Source: an uncultured Clostridia bacterium
GTDB lineage: Bacteria > Bacillota > Clostridia > Christensenellales > UBA1242
Reading direction: 5' to 3'
DNA: 64,000 nt
NCBI GenBank assembly: GCA_947624105.1
Contig: CANQIX010000001.1
Span: 1,866-65,865 of the forward strand
Shown in pieces: positions 58,001 through 61,000 of the stretch; the first letter of the stretch is position 1; each line of letters begins with the position of its first letter. Position numbers and translations under genes: made by a program. Under the pieces are notes generated by a model. The model worked only from the letters and a program-made list of their open reading frames with translations, searched no databases and was not told where the DNA came from.

Positions 58001-61000
58001 CCACCCTGCAAAGATGTATCCCGTTCTCTCTGGCAAGAAGTTGTCGATGTAGATATATTCTTCGTCTTGTTTTACATAGTATTCTGTGGTGTTATAGCGA
58101 ACATATACTGTGCTATATTCAACATCGTTATAAACAAACTTAGGAACAGAAACTTCATCGGAAGTTGGATTTAATCTAAGTGTAACTTCGATGTAATTTG
58201 CCTCCCAAATTGCATCAAGGGTAACAACTTCGCCCTTAACATTGGTTAGTTTGTAAGCATAGTAATATGTTGCTCCGGCAAAGGTGTAGTAGTATACTCC
58301 TGCTTCTTCGAGAGTTTTGATATATTCTTGTGCCGATTCGTTGTTTGCGGCAACGTCTGCAACAAGGTGTAAGTTGCCAGTAACGTCTATTGGATCTGCA
58401 CCGTTAAACGACCACCCTGCAAAAGTGTAACCAGAAAGGTTAAAGCCGTTTTGCGTTAAGAGGGTTGGTTGTGAGTATGGCACTTCGGTTACTGGTGCGG
58501 TCATACCGCTTAACATTGAGTTGAGGCCATCTGTGTTTGCATCAAAGGCAACGATATATTCAACATCTTTAAATTGTGCCGACAGAGTTACATTTCCGTA
58601 TAACCCTGAACCAATTAGCAATTTTACTACATAGTCAGAAATCTTATTGTTGTTGATGTCAAGATCGTAACTTTCAAGCCAGTTATTGTCCGCACCGTCC
58701 GTTCCCTTAACCTTATATCCAATAAGTTCGCTTCCGTTGATGGTGTAATATGGAACGAAGATTTCCGTTGTTGACATCTTGTAAGTTGTTGTGTATGTGT
58801 CTTTTGTCGAATCGCAATCAACATAGGTTATGGTGTAGGTTTCATAGTCGTAGTAAAGATAAATTTCAAGTGTGCCGTTACCTAAGATTGTGATCGAATC
58901 TTCTGGCTGGTTCGTTGAATAATATTTGTCGCTGTATTTATATCCCTTTGTGTAGTCGAAGAAATCTGGGTGTTCAATCAAATATTGATTTACAACTTCA
59001 TAAAGGGCGTTGTCCTCAGTTGGAACAGGTGTTCCGGAGATACCTTCCGTTTCGATTGAATAGGTTGTTGTTGAATAATCTCCGCTTTCAGTTTCAACCA
59101 TAATGTTGATCTTATATTTTGCGTATCCTGGAGCCCAAGTTGCATAAATTGTTACTGGACTTCCGTCTGCTGACAAGTTGTATGCGTAATAATAGTCGAG
59201 ATATTTGTAGATACCTGGCGTTCTAACCGCTTCAACGTTGAAGTAATCGCCCACTTGTTGATATTGTGTTGCATCGATTTCGATTGTTCTTACTTCTGCA
59301 TTTGGATCGCCAACTGCCCAACCAGCAAAGATATATCCGTTACATACCACGCCGGCAAGTTGTTGATAAGCATCATAGTTTGTTGTATATTCTGTTACCA
59401 AACCATCGACAATTGTTGGAGAAGTAAGTTCGTGGCCTTGATTGTCGGTGTCGGCACTGTCGATGTTGATTTTGTATGGTATTGGATCCCAAGTTCCAGA
59501 CAAGGTTGCAATTCCGCCATTTGCAGTGTTAAGCCCAAACGCATAATAGGTTGTTACGCCATCAAGTTCGTAGGTGTAAAGTCCAACCTCTCCGTTGGCA
59601 GCGATAAAGTCAATGACATCTTGTGTCGTTGTAAAGGTCGCTTCCGCACATCCAGGAAGTTGAGTTATATCTTTGTTTTCTACTGTTACATTAGATTGTG
59701 TTGTTGAAATTGACCAACTGTTAAAGGTGTATCCCTTAGCAGTAAATGGAAGTGTAAATGGCGCAACTTCGGTGAATTCTACATTTTCAATCACTGTTGT
59801 TTTGCCTGGAATAGTTGAAGTTTCTTTAGGATAGAGTTCCCCTTCAACCTTAGGTTTTAGTTCGATTCTATATTCGTTAACTTTCCATTGTGCGTAGTAT
59901 AGCACCGATCCATAGTTTGGAGCACCATCGATTTTGTATCCATTTGTGATATTGTCGTTTGCAATATCCGTCCAAACGTTAAGTGGAGCAGATAGGTTTT
60001 GAGGAGTTACATATCCGGCAAAAATCCATTTTTCAAGAGTGTATCCAACTTTCAAAATTTCTTGAGAACTGTAAGTTGTGATAGATTTTCCGCTGCCCTC
60101 GTTACTTCCCGTTTCGCCTTCTATATCATAGGATAGTTTAATAATAAGAGAATATTCTGTTGTATATATCTGTTGTCCGCCTGTAGCGATGACAGAAGAA
60201 AGTTCAACCTGTCCGCTTACATATTCTGCATTTACATCACTTCCAACAGAACCACCTTCGCCCAAATAGAAGTAAACATCATAGGTGATTATCTCCCACT
60301 GAGCGTAAATTGTTACTTCGCTTGGATTTATCCAGTTGCCCAGATCGTTGGTGTAGTTTGTGTCGCCGTCGGCTACATTTGGAATAAATGCGCCGGTTTC
60401 ATCGATAAGTGTGATAAACGAATTTCCACCTTTTGTAGCAATCGCCCAACCTTTAAAGGTGTAGCCGGTTCTTGATGGAATAAATTCGGTTTGAGAATAT
60501 TTAATATCACCGTGGTAAACGTTTGTTGTATCAAATTCAAAGTATTTTGTGTCTTTATCACTTAACAGTGTTACATCTTTCGATTTTGATGCTGGTGGAA
60601 CATTGTAGTTTGTTGTAACCTCATACTTGTTTGCCGTCCATTGTGCATAAAGGGTTAGGCTGTCGGCATATATCCACTTGCCGTCCCTAATATATCCATC
60701 GACATTTTGCAAGAAAATACCTTGTCTGTCGGTTACAAACTCTCCACTTGCCACTGCCCAACCGGCAAATTCATAACCTTCACGGCTTGCTGTGAATGGC
60801 TCGATTGCCTCTGTTGATGTGTCAGCAGATATCGACATATATGTTCCGTCAAAGATAACGATAACCGCACCATCAACACCATTTGTCGATGTTATCGAAG
60901 TTCCAACCCAATCGATTGCTGCCAAAGTTGAACCATTTAAGTCGGCAGAGTCGTTTAAGTTGATGTAAACGGTGTAAGGGTTTGGCGTCCAGTGTGCAGT

